DNA from: Octopus vulgaris
Taxonomy: Eukaryota
Assembly: GCA_951406725.2 (NCBI GenBank)
Contig: OX597815.1
Span: 372,001 to 436,000 of the forward strand
DNA: 64,000 nucleotides
Direction of reading: 5' to 3'
Within the stretch, counting starts at the first letter, position 1. Each line of letters starts with the position of its first letter. Positions 39,481 through 52,547 of this stretch are shown here, in pieces. The notes under the pieces were generated by a model, which ran no database searches, had not been told where the DNA came from, and saw only the letters and a program-made list of their open reading frames with translations. Position numbers and translations under genes: made by a program.

Positions 39481-41818
39481 TTTAGTAACTAAGGTAGATT
39501 CCAAATTATCTTTGAGGGAAAATATCTTAAAATCCAGAAATCTGTTGTAAATGAAGCCAAAATTCTATATTTGTAGAATATAAAAAAAATTCTAATTTAG
39601 TGCAGAAATGTTCAAATGGTTTTGTGTGAAAGATGGAGAAAGACAGACCAATGTCCAAATGACAAAATACAAGTTTGTTAGAAAATACAAAGAACACAAC
39701 TTTTTTACCAACACAAACCTTTGAAAATCCATATTTACAGAAGAGCTGAGAAAAACCAGTGTTCTGGTTGTGTGTACCTCAGTTGTTCCTCCTGCAACCA
39801 GAGTCTAGGGGGAAGTCTTAAAGTGATGGCGTAACCATAAACACATAAAGGCCACTTTTAAGAAATGCAATTTAAGATATTTAAAAAAAAAAAAAAGCAG
39901 GATGGTCATAACTGGAATATGTTTGATCTCAAGTCTGCTTGATCAGGGTTTGCCTAGAACTAAATATAAATATTGTTCTCTCTCAAAACAACAACATTCT
40001 GAGACGGCTCAGTGTGGCCATTAACAACAGAGTCTGGGAAGATGGGGAAACAAGAGACTGATTGTCTCCCTTGTTCACTTCTCAAAACTGAGGTAAAAAA
40101 GAAATCCTGCCTTTTGATTTCTGTGATGGGTTGAGAAAAGTTTTCAAAATTTTAGTTTTTGTGACTCTTGTTTATTATCAAGAAAGCCAGTAATTTAGAG
40201 GAGGTGGCTTCAATTATATTAACCCCAATACTTCGACTGGTATTTTATTTTATTGACCCCGGAGGAATGAAAAGCAAATTTGACGTCAGTGAGATTTGAA
40301 CTTAGAATGGAAAAAATATTAATAATAATAATTAAATTATTGTCTACAGTGCTCAGGTGCAGCAGAGGCATTGTAATTGGGAGGAGGTAATAAGTCTGCC
40401 AAGTCTGCTTTCAGTTCTGCTGCCCTCTAAATGAGGTAATTGTCCTCTAGAAAACATTCATGTTGACCAATCAATTAAAGACTGGATTTTGGCTGAGAGA
40501 AACTATGAAGAAGCTGGTTTTGTGTGTGTGTGTGTGTACAAACACTCACACATACATATCTCCAAAGCTGACAATGTACTCAGAATTTCACCCTCCTCAG
40601 GGTTGTTCATAAGTGTAAACAGCACAGACTCAAGAGTAGACTGTCGGCCTTTGACAGAACAAAATATGCAATCACTCAACCCAGCATATTGAGTTCTACA
40701 TCAGATAATGGTTGTATTGTGTCAAATATATTTGAATCTACTTCATCACTCTTACATAATAATGCCCACACAAACACAATCAGCATCATTCATTTTCCAT
40801 GCTGGACAGAGATGCTGATCCCTGGATGGATTGAAGGGGACAGCAAAATCAGCCTCACTAAACTCCACCTGACCCAAAGCGGATGTTGAAACGAAGATGA
40901 TCATGACACACGTGTATGCAAGTGTGTGTGTGTGTATAAGGGGTTTATTAATTAAGGGATTTAACAATATTACATGGAATCTTGCATTTTAGGCATTTTG
41001 TCGGATGGAGTCTTGCATTTGAAGCAATTTGTCAGATATAATTGATTTTGAACATATTTTTGGCGATAATGACTACAATTTGGTTACATGCAGGTATAGT
41101 TATATATAGAAAAGGATATGTGAGGATTCGGAGAAGGAATTTGGGGCATAATTTTAGCAATTAATGACAACATGAAGAGACAATGTGTACAGTCACTTTT
41201 GATGTCTTGTCCCTTGTTTGAGTTTGGTCCAACTCGTTTCCGGCATGTATTTTTAACCATATTTTTTCCATATAAGTTAGGAAATATATTAATGAGTCCC
41301 CTAGTTAGACTTATACATATAATATTTTATAAAGGTTTTTTAATAAATTTGTAATAACTTATCTCACATATGCATTATATTAAAATAATATCCCCTTAGT
41401 AATATTATATAATGTTTTTTAAATAAATTTGCTATAACTTATCTTATTAAAAATAATATCCCCTTAGTAATATCACTTTAACCTTAAATTCATATCTATA
41501 TTTGCCTAATTTGTTTTATGTTATCGGTTATCAATTAACCAACCAAAACAAAGTCAAGGCCTTTCAAAACAACAGATGACCAATTAGATTACGCGACTGA
41601 ACAAAAATAATCCTTCCCCATTTCCGGCAGGATTTCAACAAAAAAATAACGGAGAAATAAACAAATTGCATGTTTATATGAATATATGTTTGTGTATTAT
41701 TGTTATAATTATAATGATAATGATACGAACTGTTGCATTAATCCTCCCTTCTAAACACATCTAATACATATGTACCTATGAGTATGTTTGCACAGAAATA
41801 TATATGTAGATATGTATA

Positions 41819-41854
<36 letters not shown>

Positions 41855-41857
<3 letters not shown>

Positions 41858-42252
41858 TATATTAAATTAGAGATAAAACCACTATTAGGCAAATCATACA
41901 ATGAAAAACTTAAGCCAATACATAAGATTAATTAATTTATATTATTTAAAGATTAAACCTCGCTAAGTTAAATATTTAAACCATCTGAAGAATGACTGTA
42001 ACTCGAAATTTTAAGAATTGGACAGCCATGAAACAATCGTAGTGTTATACTAATTATCTTTTTTAATAATTTTGATATATATTTAAATAATATAAATTAA
42101 TTAATCTTATGTATTGGCTTAAGATTTTCATTGTATGATTTGCCTAATAGTGGTTTTATCTCTAATTTAATATAATATTTTACAATAAAATTGGATTCAA
42201 TCCTAAATCTGATTTTTCCCTGTAAGTTTGGATTTATTCCCTAATATTTTAT
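41855..42252 (+). mobile_element. Short PLE-derived pLTR with 5' inverted segment, inserted in (TA)n
   Basis: About 95-bp inverted repeat 41855-41950 / 42082-42177 enclosing a hammerhead; (TA)n on both sides. Confidence 0.72.
41982..42044 (+). ncRNA. Minimal type-I hammerhead ribozyme
   Basis: CAU CUGAAGA AUGACUGU-(loop)-ACAGCCAU GAAAC AAUC GUA GUG; complete core, 3-bp stem I, one mismatch in stem II. Confidence 0.78.
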
Positions 42253-42283
<31 letters not shown>

Positions 42284-43237
42284 ATTCCTCATGTATATAG
42301 TTTCATTCTTATATAACTAAAATAATCTTAAGATATATTGATTTTATAAGTTACAATATTACTCCTCTTCTAATAACTTTCTCATACCTCTGTTTATATT
42401 TTATCTAATATGAATAATATATTTGGCAAGTGAAATCGGAATCAAAATTGAACCAATCCTATGACTGGCACCCGGCAGTTGCCAGGACCGCTCGACTGAC
42501 TCCTGTGCAGGTGGCAAGTAAAGAAACACCGTTTCGACCCTGTGCTTGAGGAGATCCATTGAGTCAAGTACACCAACATCAAAAATCAATGGAAACTGCA
42601 GTTGTGATCCCTGTGCCGGTGACACGTAAAAGCACCATCCGTTCGTGGCCGTTCACCAGCTCTGTCTGGCACCTGTGCAAGTGGCACGTAAAAAACACCC
42701 ACTACACTCGCGGAGTGGTTGGCGTTAGGAAGGGCATCCAGCCGTAGAAACACTGCCAGATCTGACTGGGCCTGACGAAGCCTTCCAGCTTCACAGACCC
42801 CAGTTGACCCGTCCAACCCATGCTAGCATGGAAAACGGACGCTAAACGATGATGATGATGATGATATATGTGTGTATATTTATATTTATGACTTAACCTT
42901 GTGTACTTTCTAAAATCTCTGACTAAGCCTACAGAGACACCCAACTACCTCAATTTCATCTCCTAATTACTTCAGTCCACAGGACGGATAAAAGTAGAAT
43001 GACGTATTTTTGCCTCTTGGCTGAAACAGCTGTAACATATTATCCCAATTTCTATTCCTGTATCTTATATATTTTAATAATTAATGATATCTTTATATAT
43101 TATATATGTAAAGCATAACATGTTATACATGTATGTATATTGTTGTAATTGTCCTTCTAGTAAATAAATAAATAGACATAATATAATGTCTAAAAGTTGA
43201 TGAATACCACCTCATGATCCCTTCCATTTTCTTATTG

Positions 43238-43298
<61 letters not shown>

Positions 43299-43343
43299 TG
43301 CAAGTGTATGTATGTATCTGTAATTAAAATGAAAATTATATAC

Positions 43344-43542
43344 CGGAATGTGTCTCCAATTCTGTCTTTGAAGTAAACAAAATAATCTTTGTCTAAGAAG
43401 AGTACATCTCCAAAGTTGAAGAATTTGTCTCCTTTTTTCAACACATCTGTCACAATTTTTTGATTATCCAAGTCTTTGGTGCCTTTATAGATCTTGTTAT
43501 CAAATCTGGGGATGATTTCATTCAAAAGCAGCCCCATTTCTC
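43344..43542 (-). CDS. SLC27A: SLC27A exon (199 bp)
   Basis: ttgtag|GA GAA ATG ... TTC CG|gtatat; GEMGLLL...KIVTDVLKKGDKFFNFGDVLFLDKDYFVYFKDRIGDTFR; phase 1/2. Confidence 0.95.
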
Positions 43543-43760
43543 CTACAAGAAGCACAGAAATAAAACAAGAACTTCAAAATGTGGGTCTATATAAATAATC
43601 ACAACTTATCCACAAGATTTAGAAATCAATGGTCAAAATAAGGTTTGTAAATAACTTGGGAAAATAAATGTTAAAAAGGAGAAAAAAAGCAAAACTCATT
43701 AAATTCAAAGATAAATTATCTGTGAGGCTAATTGTCGTGCAAATGGTGGTTGTTGGTCGA

Positions 43761-43979
43761 CCCTTTAGCATTCAGATTCCTCCATCAAATGTGACCCTTA
43801 TTTCTTCAGTTTTAAATTAATCATGCATTATCTCATTGCTGCAAGATTTCCATGATTTGATTGTTTATTTTAACACTGACAGTGTAGGGTAGGTATGAGA
43901 GACAGGATCTGGCTGGTTTGAACATAAAGCAGGAAGAATTTTGGTGCCAGATATAGGGGCCAGTTTAAATACTAAAGGG
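43761..43979. mobile_element. MITE with piggyBac-like CCCTTT...AAAGGG termini
   Basis: ccctttagcatt ... aatactaaaggg; flanks tcga/ttga resemble a decayed TTAA. Confidence 0.6.
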
Positions 43980-44401
43980 TTGACCTTGACTGATGATCAA
44001 AAAAATCCTAGTTATGGGAAACCAGTTGAATTTTCAGGAGCACTATTCAGGACTATGTTATTCAATTCATACTTAAGATGGTAATGTGTGAATTGAGGGA
44101 AATTTGGTTACCATTTTTAGCATGTCAAGTGACCATGTAGAGACATATTTGGCCAAAGTGTTGCATAGTGGGATTGAAATCAGAACCATATGGTTGAGAG
44201 GTAAACTCTCTTGATGCTAGAATCCTGGTGACCATCTCTCTCTTTGAAATTCCACTCAAGACAGAACTTTGTGAATTTGGCACTACAAGTTAATGAAACA
44301 GTTGTCAATTATGTGGCCTCTATGTGGTTGCTTCACCTGTTAGCAATAGCAGCCAAGTCTTCATCAAACAACATTTTACCACATTCAAAAGGAAGGACAC
44401 T

Positions 44402-45415
44402 ATCATCATCATCGTTTAACGTCCACTTTCCATGCTAGCATGGGTTGGACGATTTTGACTGAGGGCTGGCGAACCAGATGGCTGCCCCAGGCTCCAATCT
44501 TGATTTGGCAGAGTTTCTACAGCTGGATGCCCTTCCTAATGCTGACCACTCTGAGAGTGTAGTGGGGGCTTTTTACGTGCCACCGGCACGGGGGCCAGTT
44601 AGGCGGTACTGGCAATGACCTCGCTTGAATCTTTTTACACATGCCACCAGCACAGGTGCCAGTAAGGTGACATTGGTAACGATCACGCTTGAATGGTGCC
44701 CTTTTATGTGCCACTGGCACGGAAGCCAGTTGGCTGCTCTGGCAACGATCCCGCTTGGATGGTGCTCTTGGCACCCTACTAGCACGGGCACAAGTGCCAG
44801 TAAGGCGACGCTGGTAACGATTACGCTTGAAAGGTGTCTTTTAAGTGCCACTGGCACAGAAGCCGGTTAACCACTCTGTCAATGATCAGGCTCGTATGGT
44901 GGTCTTTGCACCCTGCTAGCCCAGATGCCAGTCATCGATTTTGATTGATTTCACTTGCCTCAACAGGTCTTCGCAAGCAGAGTTTTAGAGTCCAAAGAAG
45001 GAAAAGGTTACGCATAAGTGGACTGGTTACACCCCTGGCATAGGCCATGAGATTATGGTTTCATTTGGCTTGCCGGGTCTTCTCACGCACGGCATATTCC
45101 AAAGGTTTCGGTCACTAGTCATTGCCTTGGTGAGGCCTAAAGTTTGATGGTTGTACTTCACCACTTCATCCCTGGTCTTCCTAGCTCTACCTCTTCCACA
45201 GGTTCCTTCAACCGCAAGGGTGTGGCACTTTTTCACACAACTATCCTCATCCGTTCTCACCACATGACTATACCAGCGCAGTCATCTCTCTTGCACACCA
45301 CATCTAATGCTTCTTAGGTCCAACTTTTTTCTCAAGGTACCTACACTCTGTCGAGTATGCACACTGACATTACACATCCATCGGAGCATACTGACTTCAT
45401 TCCTTGCGAGCTTAC
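44402..45415 (-). mobile_element. RTE LINE 3' fragment
   Basis: Same family; 3' UTR with several internal subrepeats. Confidence 0.85.
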
Positions 45416-45894
45416 ACACACACACACATATATGTAGATATGTTTATGCTTATAGGAATGTGTTCGACAAATCACTTCATTTATGAAAAGTCAAACAAAA
45501 CCAAAATCCTGATCAATTTTTCTGTTTTGACATCAGTTCCATTCCCTCCATGACCAACACAACTTTGCTTATTTCCCCAACACTTGGGTCACTGATATAA
45601 GCAGCTAAAATCCTACAAGGCATGGCCACAGTCAAATAACTACAATCAGAAATGGAATCTTCTGATTTATGCTGTGTTCTTGTTATAAGTAAAATTATGT
45701 TAACGAGGTTTTGCTAATAAATTACTTGATGGATTTTCTCACAGAAAACAGCATGGAAACCCAAGGGTCCTGTTTGATCAGCATCCAGATTTGGCTTTTC
45801 ACCAACAGGACTTTGTTCTCAAAAGAGGTTCCAAAAGGAATTAAATCAGGACTTCAGGCAAAATGCCTGGCATTATTTTATTGTGGCTTCAAAG

Positions 45895-46910
45895 AGGCAG
45901 TGAACTGGCAGAAACATTAGCAGGCCGGACGAAATGCTTAGCGGTATTTCGTCTGCGTTACGTTCTGAGTTCAAATTCTGCCGAGATCGACTTTGCCTTT
46001 CATCCTTTTGGGGTCGATTAAATAAGTACCAGTTACGCACTGGGGTTGATATAATCAACTTAATCCGTTTGTCTGTCCTTGTTTGTCCTCCCTGTGTTTA
46101 GCCCCTTGTGGGTAGTAAAGAAATAGGTATTTCGTCCGTCTTTACATTCTGAGTTCAAATTCCACCAAGGTTGACTTTGCCTTTCATCCTTTCGGGGTCG
46201 ATAAATTAAGTACCAGTTGTGTACTGGGGTCGATCTAATTGACGGGCCACCCTCCCCACAAATTTCGGCCCTTGTGCCTAAAGTAGAAAAGAATATTTAT
46301 TGTGGCTTCTTATATCCTGAGTTCAAATCCTGCTGACGTCAACTTTGCCTTTCATCCCCTCCAAGGTCATCATCAGGCCCCCTCCCCCTTGTGCCTATAG
46401 TGGGAAGGATTATTCCAACCCTTATCATTATTATTATTATTATTATGCAAGCATTGAGCTGGCAGAGTCATTAATGCATCAGACAAAATGCTGAGCAGCA
46501 TTTCTTCTGACTCTGTTCATTCTGAGTTCAAATCCTGCTGAAGTTCACTTTTTCCTTTTCATCTTTTCAGGGTCAGTAATATACAGCAGCAGTCAAGTGC
46601 TGGGGGAGAGTTGATGTATATAACTTGCCCCCTACCCTCAAAATTGCTCGTCAGATGCTAAACTTTGAAACCATTTTCGTTGCTGTTGTTCAGGCAGTGA
46701 GCTGGCAGAGTCACCTTTGAGGCAGACAGAATGTTCAGTGGTATTTCTTTTGACTTTCCACATTCTGAGTTCAAATCCTACCAAGGTCAACGTTGCCTTT
46801 TGTTCCTCCAAAGTTAAAATAACTGCCAAGTCCTTGGGGTTAATTTGTATCAACAGAACATCCCCCCCTCCACTGCTAACCACATGATTGCTGGACTTGT
46901 GCCTAAATTA
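45895..46910 (+). mobile_element. Cluster of about 5 same-orientation SINE family B copies
   Basis: Recurrent tggcaga...ctgagttcaaat(B box)...gactttgcctttcatcctttcggggtcgataaattaagtaccag. Confidence 0.8.
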
Positions 46911-47447
46911 GGCAATAATTCTATGATTTTCTCTCTGGGTCCATTCAGACGTCAGCCTTTAAATCCCTTTTCTGGTGGGGGGCCCTAAATTGTATAAACC
47001 AGTCGTTTACCTTTAGGTACCAGTTATATCCGTTGTTTTTGTGTAGATCTGACACAAAATACAATTGCAGGATTTCTGAGGATCAGAAAAGCAAAATGAA
47101 GAATTGTACCTTGTGAAAGTTGACATTGCTCTTCCTCAGATAACCCCAAGGTGGCACTTGCGAAATTCCAACTCACACTGGTAACTTGAACCCCTATATC
47201 TTTGGTTAATTAAACTTTTTTCCCTTGTTTCTAAAAAGATCCTGGAATAATTCTGCATACATTGGTATGTGTAGTGTAGTTGTAGAATTTGATGAAGGCC
47301 ACAACACAGTCAATGGTAAATGTATTATTTTATAGTAAAAGTACAAATTGACAGGAATGTACTGATGGCAGAAGTTGAATGAAAAACCTTCAACAAGTAA
47401 AATGTGTGTCCATACACACACAGGAACTGCTATGTATGTGTGCAGTA

Positions 47448-47828
47448 TCTCTCTCTATATAAACGGCAGTTTGTCTGTGCGTGTTTCTGTGTGTCTGTTT
47501 TCTTGTACCCTCACCCTGACCACGGCTTTCAACCGATTCTGATGAAACTTGACACACACATAGCCCAATGTCATAATTCAAAACTAACGCAGCGAAAATT
47601 TTGAAAAGTTCCCCCAGTTCTGAAAAATCGATAAATTCGACATGGGGTCGAAATCAGAAACACAAACCGCAAACTGTCTAGGGGACGCAACTCCACCTTT
47701 TTTAACTAAAAAAAAAATTTACCATCATTTTTTTCCCATCTTTTTGCTATTTTTTGGCTATAACTCTCTAAAAATGCTTTATAGTTATTTCCCTTACAAA
47801 CCCGAGCAACGCCGGGCGATACTGCTAG
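47448..47828 (+). mobile_element. Non-autonomous Helitron
   Basis: A|TCTCTCTCTATATAAA...cccgagcaacgccggg...CTAG|T; about 70-bp 3' end shared with 3860-4373. Confidence 0.85.
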
Positions 47829-49471
47829 TATATATATATATATATATCATGTATATGTGGATACGTAATGTGTGAATGCATGTATGTACCTATTCATCTA
47901 AGTACGTATGGAAGTTATCATCATCATCAGCACATTTTGTAAAGCCTTTGACATCAGGAAGGGCATCCAGCCATAGAAATCAAACTGGGACCTGGTGCAG
48001 CTGCCCAGCTCTAGTCAAACCGTCCAACCCATGCCAGCATGGACAACAGGCATTAAAGGTTAATGATGATGTACAACTCATTTTGGCCAGCTGGAGCAAT
48101 GTGAAATAAAGTGTCTTGCTCAAGGACACAACATGCCATCAGGAATTGAACTCACATTGTTATGATTGTGAACTGCATGCCCTGACCACTTGGCCATGCA
48201 CCTTCACATATAATTAATAGTAAGGAAACAATGTACTGGTAGATATAGGGGCTGGAAGGGGTGATGAGGGCTGGCAGACCATCCTGGGTTACCGAAATAA
48301 AATTGATCTCTTATTAAACAATAACGATGCCTCGTCAAATTAAAAATTTAACTTAAATAAAATAGGTCACAAAAGAAAAAAAAAATCAAAATAATTCCAG
48401 TGACCTGATTAGAAATGCCATCATCATCATTTAACATCCCTTTTTGTTGCTTGCACAAGTCAGACAGGATTTGTTGGGGCAGATTCTCTACAGCTGGATG
48501 CCCTTCCTGTTGCCAACACTCACCTGCTACCAAGTAAGATAATATTTACCCCTGTTGCAAGACTGGAAATGAACAAACAGCATTTTTATGGTGATGGTGC
48601 TCATTTGAAATACATCAAGAGAACACACACACACGAGAGGCTTCCACACAGTCTCCACCTGACAAATCCACTCACAAAGCTTTGATCAGCATAGGGCTAT
48701 AGCAAAAGATACTTTGCCCTAGATTCCACACAGAGGGGTCAGGAAACGAACTCCTTAACCAAGCACTCTTATACCTTTATGTCTAGAATCAGTCGGGATG
48801 TCTGGGACAGCACAACTTTGTGAATAGAATCCCTTGCTGTTTCTGAGGGTCTGTATCGACGGTTCTCACCCTTTTTAATATCCAGATCCCAAACTTGGAC
48901 ATTGGGATGGGGAGGCAGACCAAAAAAAGCTAAAACACAAATCAATTGAAGAAAAATTTACATTTATAAAGGGAAGATCATTGGGAGCCACCAGGAGGGG
49001 ACTTAAGGGCCACATACTCCCCGGGAGCCATGGCTGAGAGCCATTGCTCTATATAATCTCTCTGTTTCTCTTCCTCTCTCTCTCTCTCTGTTTCTCTCCC
49101 CACCTCCCTCTAATCCAATATACAAGACTGGATGGCCATGGGGAGAACACCCTTGATTATATGTCAGCTGCTCAACCAAAGCTAACCTGGGATTGAACAA
49201 AAATAATTTTGTGGATCACAGTTCACAGCTGTGAAGAGTGAGAATTGTCAATATAATTTTGATCTATTGATAAAATATTGATTATTAATGTTAAACAAGA
49301 GAGAAACTTTTGGGTGATATCGAAATTGTAAAGAATTTGGTGGAGAAAAACCAGAAAATCAAGTTGAAACATGTTCAGACTTAAAGTGTCAGTTGGTGGA
49401 AGAAAGGAAATGAAGAAAGGTTCTGGTAATGTAAGAAATTGTAATGAAGATAAGAACAGGTGCTAACCTAC

Positions 49472-49568
49472 CTGGAGAAATTGGTATACACCTCCCTCGG
49501 CAATCTCTTTGAGGTTCCACAGTGCCATTGTGATATTTCACTAGTAACGTCTTGGGAAGGATTTTATT
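49472..49568 (-). CDS. SLC27A: SLC27A exon (97 bp), not in ORF track
   Basis: atttag|AAT AAA ... TCT CCA G|gtaggt; NKILPKTLLVKYHNGTVEPQRDCRGRCIPISP(G) matches the FATP LVKyD..t.EP.RD..G.C motif; phase 0/1 fits both neighbours. Confidence 0.9.
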
Positions 49569-50015
49569 CTAAATAAACAAAATAAATTCACTTTGATTAA
49601 AAGAAAATTTCTTACATTCTCTCACAAAGGTACACATTGAGTGGGGGGGGGAGGAAAAGGGGTAGCTGTCTGGTGAAAAGGATTCCAATATCTGGCATCT
49701 CATCCTTATTTTAGAATCTGAAGAAGCCATGAACCACCTTTTCAGAAGACACCTATTCCTGTCTTCCTATCATACTGTAGCATTTCAATACCTGGCATTA
49801 ATCACTCCACCTCAATTGAGGGGGGGGGGGGGATTATCTTGCAAGTCATTTGGTGACCTCACTAATGCTGGTGCCATGAATAAAGCACCAGGTCCATGCT
49901 ATAAAGTAGGTGGCACGAGGAACGGTATTCAGCTGTAGAAATCATACCAGAGAAAACACTGCAACTCAGAGCAGTCTTCAGGCTTCTCAGTTCGGATATA
50001 ACTGTTTGACATTGA

Positions 50016-50113
50016 CCCACCACCACCACCACCACCACCACCACCACCACCACCACCACCACCACCACCACCACCACCACCACCACCACCACCACCACCA
50101 CCACCACCACCAC
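50016..50113. repeat. (CAC)n microsatellite
   Basis: About 32 uninterrupted units. Confidence 0.97.
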
Positions 50114-50119
50114 ACACAC

Positions 50120-50935
50120 TGTTTACCTGGTCCTTAACAAACCTGAAAGGATGAAAGGCAAAGTCAGCTTTGGCAGAATTTGAACTCGGATGGAAAGAGT
50201 CAGAGGAAACGCTGCCAACTTTAATAATAATAATCATCCTTTCTACTCTAGGCACAAGGCCTGAAATTCTTTTTTTGCGGGGGAGGGGACCAGTCAATTA
50301 CACTGAGCTAAGTGTTCCACTGGTACTTGATTTATTGGCCCCGAAAAGATGAAAGGTCAAGTCAACATTGGCAGAATTTGAACTCAGAATGTAGCCACAG
50401 GTGAAGTACTGCAAAGCATTCAGCTTGGTGTGATAAGGATTCTGGTAAGTCACCACCTTCAGATAATAATAATTATTATTGTTCTGATTGTTGTTATTTC
50501 TACTCTCGGCACAAGGCCTTGAAAATTGGGCGGGGAAGAGGACTAGTTGATTACATCAACCCCAGTGTGAAACTGGTACTTATTTTCTCGACCCCCGAAA
50601 GGATGAAAGGCGAAGTCGACCTCGGTGGAATTTGAACTTGGAAGGCAGATGAAATACTGCCAAGCATTTAGCCTGGCATAACAACAAATCTGTTAGCTCA
50701 ACACCCTCAGATAATAATAATAATAATAATGGTTTCAACTTTTTGGTAGAAGGCCAGCAAGTTCAGGAAAGGGAATAAGTGACATCAACCCCAGTGGATG
50801 ACTGGTACTTATTTTATCGATCCTGAAGAGATGAAAGGCAAAGTGACCTTAGCTTTGAACCTAGATTAGAAACAATTATTATTACCATTGCCAACAAATT
50901 TGAGGGGAGGGGCAGTTAGTCAATTAGACTGACTC
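50120..50935 (-). mobile_element. Cluster of about 4 SINE family B copies
   Basis: Recurrent ctggtactt...aaaggatgaaaggcaaagtc...gaatttgaactc. Single copies also at about 26550-26760(-), 33375-33575(+) and 52890-53090(+). Confidence 0.78.
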
Positions 50936-51444
50936 ACCACTTATATCTGATGGGGCCACCCTAAAATGCCTCCAGTATGTTCCGTAAAGTGGTTGGGGTC
51001 AAAAAAGAAAGCCAAATATGAAATACAGGAGGGAGATGGGGTCCTTGCACCTGTGGTGGTGAACCGTTTCTATGGCTGGATGCACTTCTTAACACTTTAC
51101 AGAATGTTCTGGTGTATTTCTTTTATGATACCAGTATTATTAGTAGGACTGTTTTCCATTTTGAAAGAGTAAAACATGCTCAGCCCTCTGTGTTGTGTCA
51201 CTTTACTGACGGTAAGGACCCTAAGAAGGAAAGAGCGTAAAGGGATGAAGGGAATATGAGTAGAAAGTGTTTAGTGTGAGAGGAAGATTAAGATTGTTGG
51301 ATAATGGTGAATAACATGTGACTTGGGAAGATGGAGTGATGACTGGCAGGACAGGAAGAGCAAACAGGTCTTGTGGTGGGAAAGAGGGGTAGAGTGATAA
51401 GATGGTGAGATTGCATACAGGTAGGTTCAATACCAGCCCCTGAC

Positions 51445-52200
51445 ATAAGAAGCATCAGATGTGGCGTGCAAGAGAGACGTTTGCGTTGGTATGGTCATGT
51501 ACTACGGATGGACGAGGAGAGCTGTGTGAAGAAGTGTCACATCCTAACAGTGGAAGGAATTTGGAGCACAGGGAAACCCAAGAAGACATGGAATGAGGTG
51601 GTGAAGCATGACCTTTGAACATTGGGCCTCACAGAGGCAATGATAAAAGACCGAGAGCTCTGGAGGTATGCTGTGACTGAGAAGACCCGGCAAATAAGGT
51701 GAGTCCACAGCTGTAACCTACACCAGTGTCGCATAACCAGCCCACTTAAAAGTTCCTTGGATTGTAGGGTGACATGCCGTGCTTGAGGAGACCTACTGGG
51801 TCAAGTACATCAACATCAAATGGAAATTGTAGTTGTAGTCCCTGTGCTGGTGACACATAAAAAGCACCATCTGAATATGGCCAATGCCAGTGCTGCCTTG
51901 ACTGGCTTCTGTGCCAGTGGCACGTAAAAAGCACTGTATTGACTGGCTCCCATGCTGGTGGCATGCGAAAAGCACCATCTGATCATGGTTGATGCCAGCC
52001 CCCTCTGGCTCCTGTGCCGGTGGCACGTAAAAAAGCACCCAATACACTCTCGGAGTGGTTGGTGTTAGGAAGGGCATCCAGCTGCAGAAACACTGCCAGA
52101 TCAGAATGGAGCCTGGTGCAGCCTACTGGCTTCCCAGACCCCGGTCGAACCGTCCAACCCATGCCAGCATGGAAAACAGATGTTAAACGGTGATGATGAT
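51445..52200 (+). mobile_element. RTE LINE 3' fragment
   Basis: RRLRWYGHVLRMDEES; (GAT)n tail. Confidence 0.85.
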
Positions 52201-52355
52201 AATGTTGCAGAGTTTTGATATTGTGAATAGATGAAAGGGTGAGAAAGAAAGGAGCGGGATTCAATGACATCTGCTGTTACATAAGCAATGAATGAATACC
52301 ACATAATCTCACTCTCTTATATGGTTTTGAGGCCAAGAGATAAAATCAGTCTTAC

Positions 52356-52547
52356 CAAAAAAGGTGATATTCGTCCAACGGCACCAACTTTATTCTCTGT
52401 ATTGATCAACAGAACATTGCCCTCAGTGGCTCCAAAGAATTCGATTATTCGAGGAATATGAAATCGATTTTGAAACTTGCTCCATATATCTTTACTCAAT
52501 CCATTTCCATACATAAGTCTCACTTGATGTAAGGATTCTGAAGTTGT
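52356..52547 (-). CDS. SLC27A: SLC27A exon (192 bp)
   Basis: tttcag|ACA ACT ... TTT TTG|gtaaga; HQVRLMYGNGLSKDIWSKFQNRFHIPRIIEFFGATEGN...VGAVGR; phase 0/0. Confidence 0.95.

Noticed and set aside
49862-50297. Poly-His/Val/Gly ORFs
   Set aside because: A (CAC)n tract in an intron, with no splice or homology support
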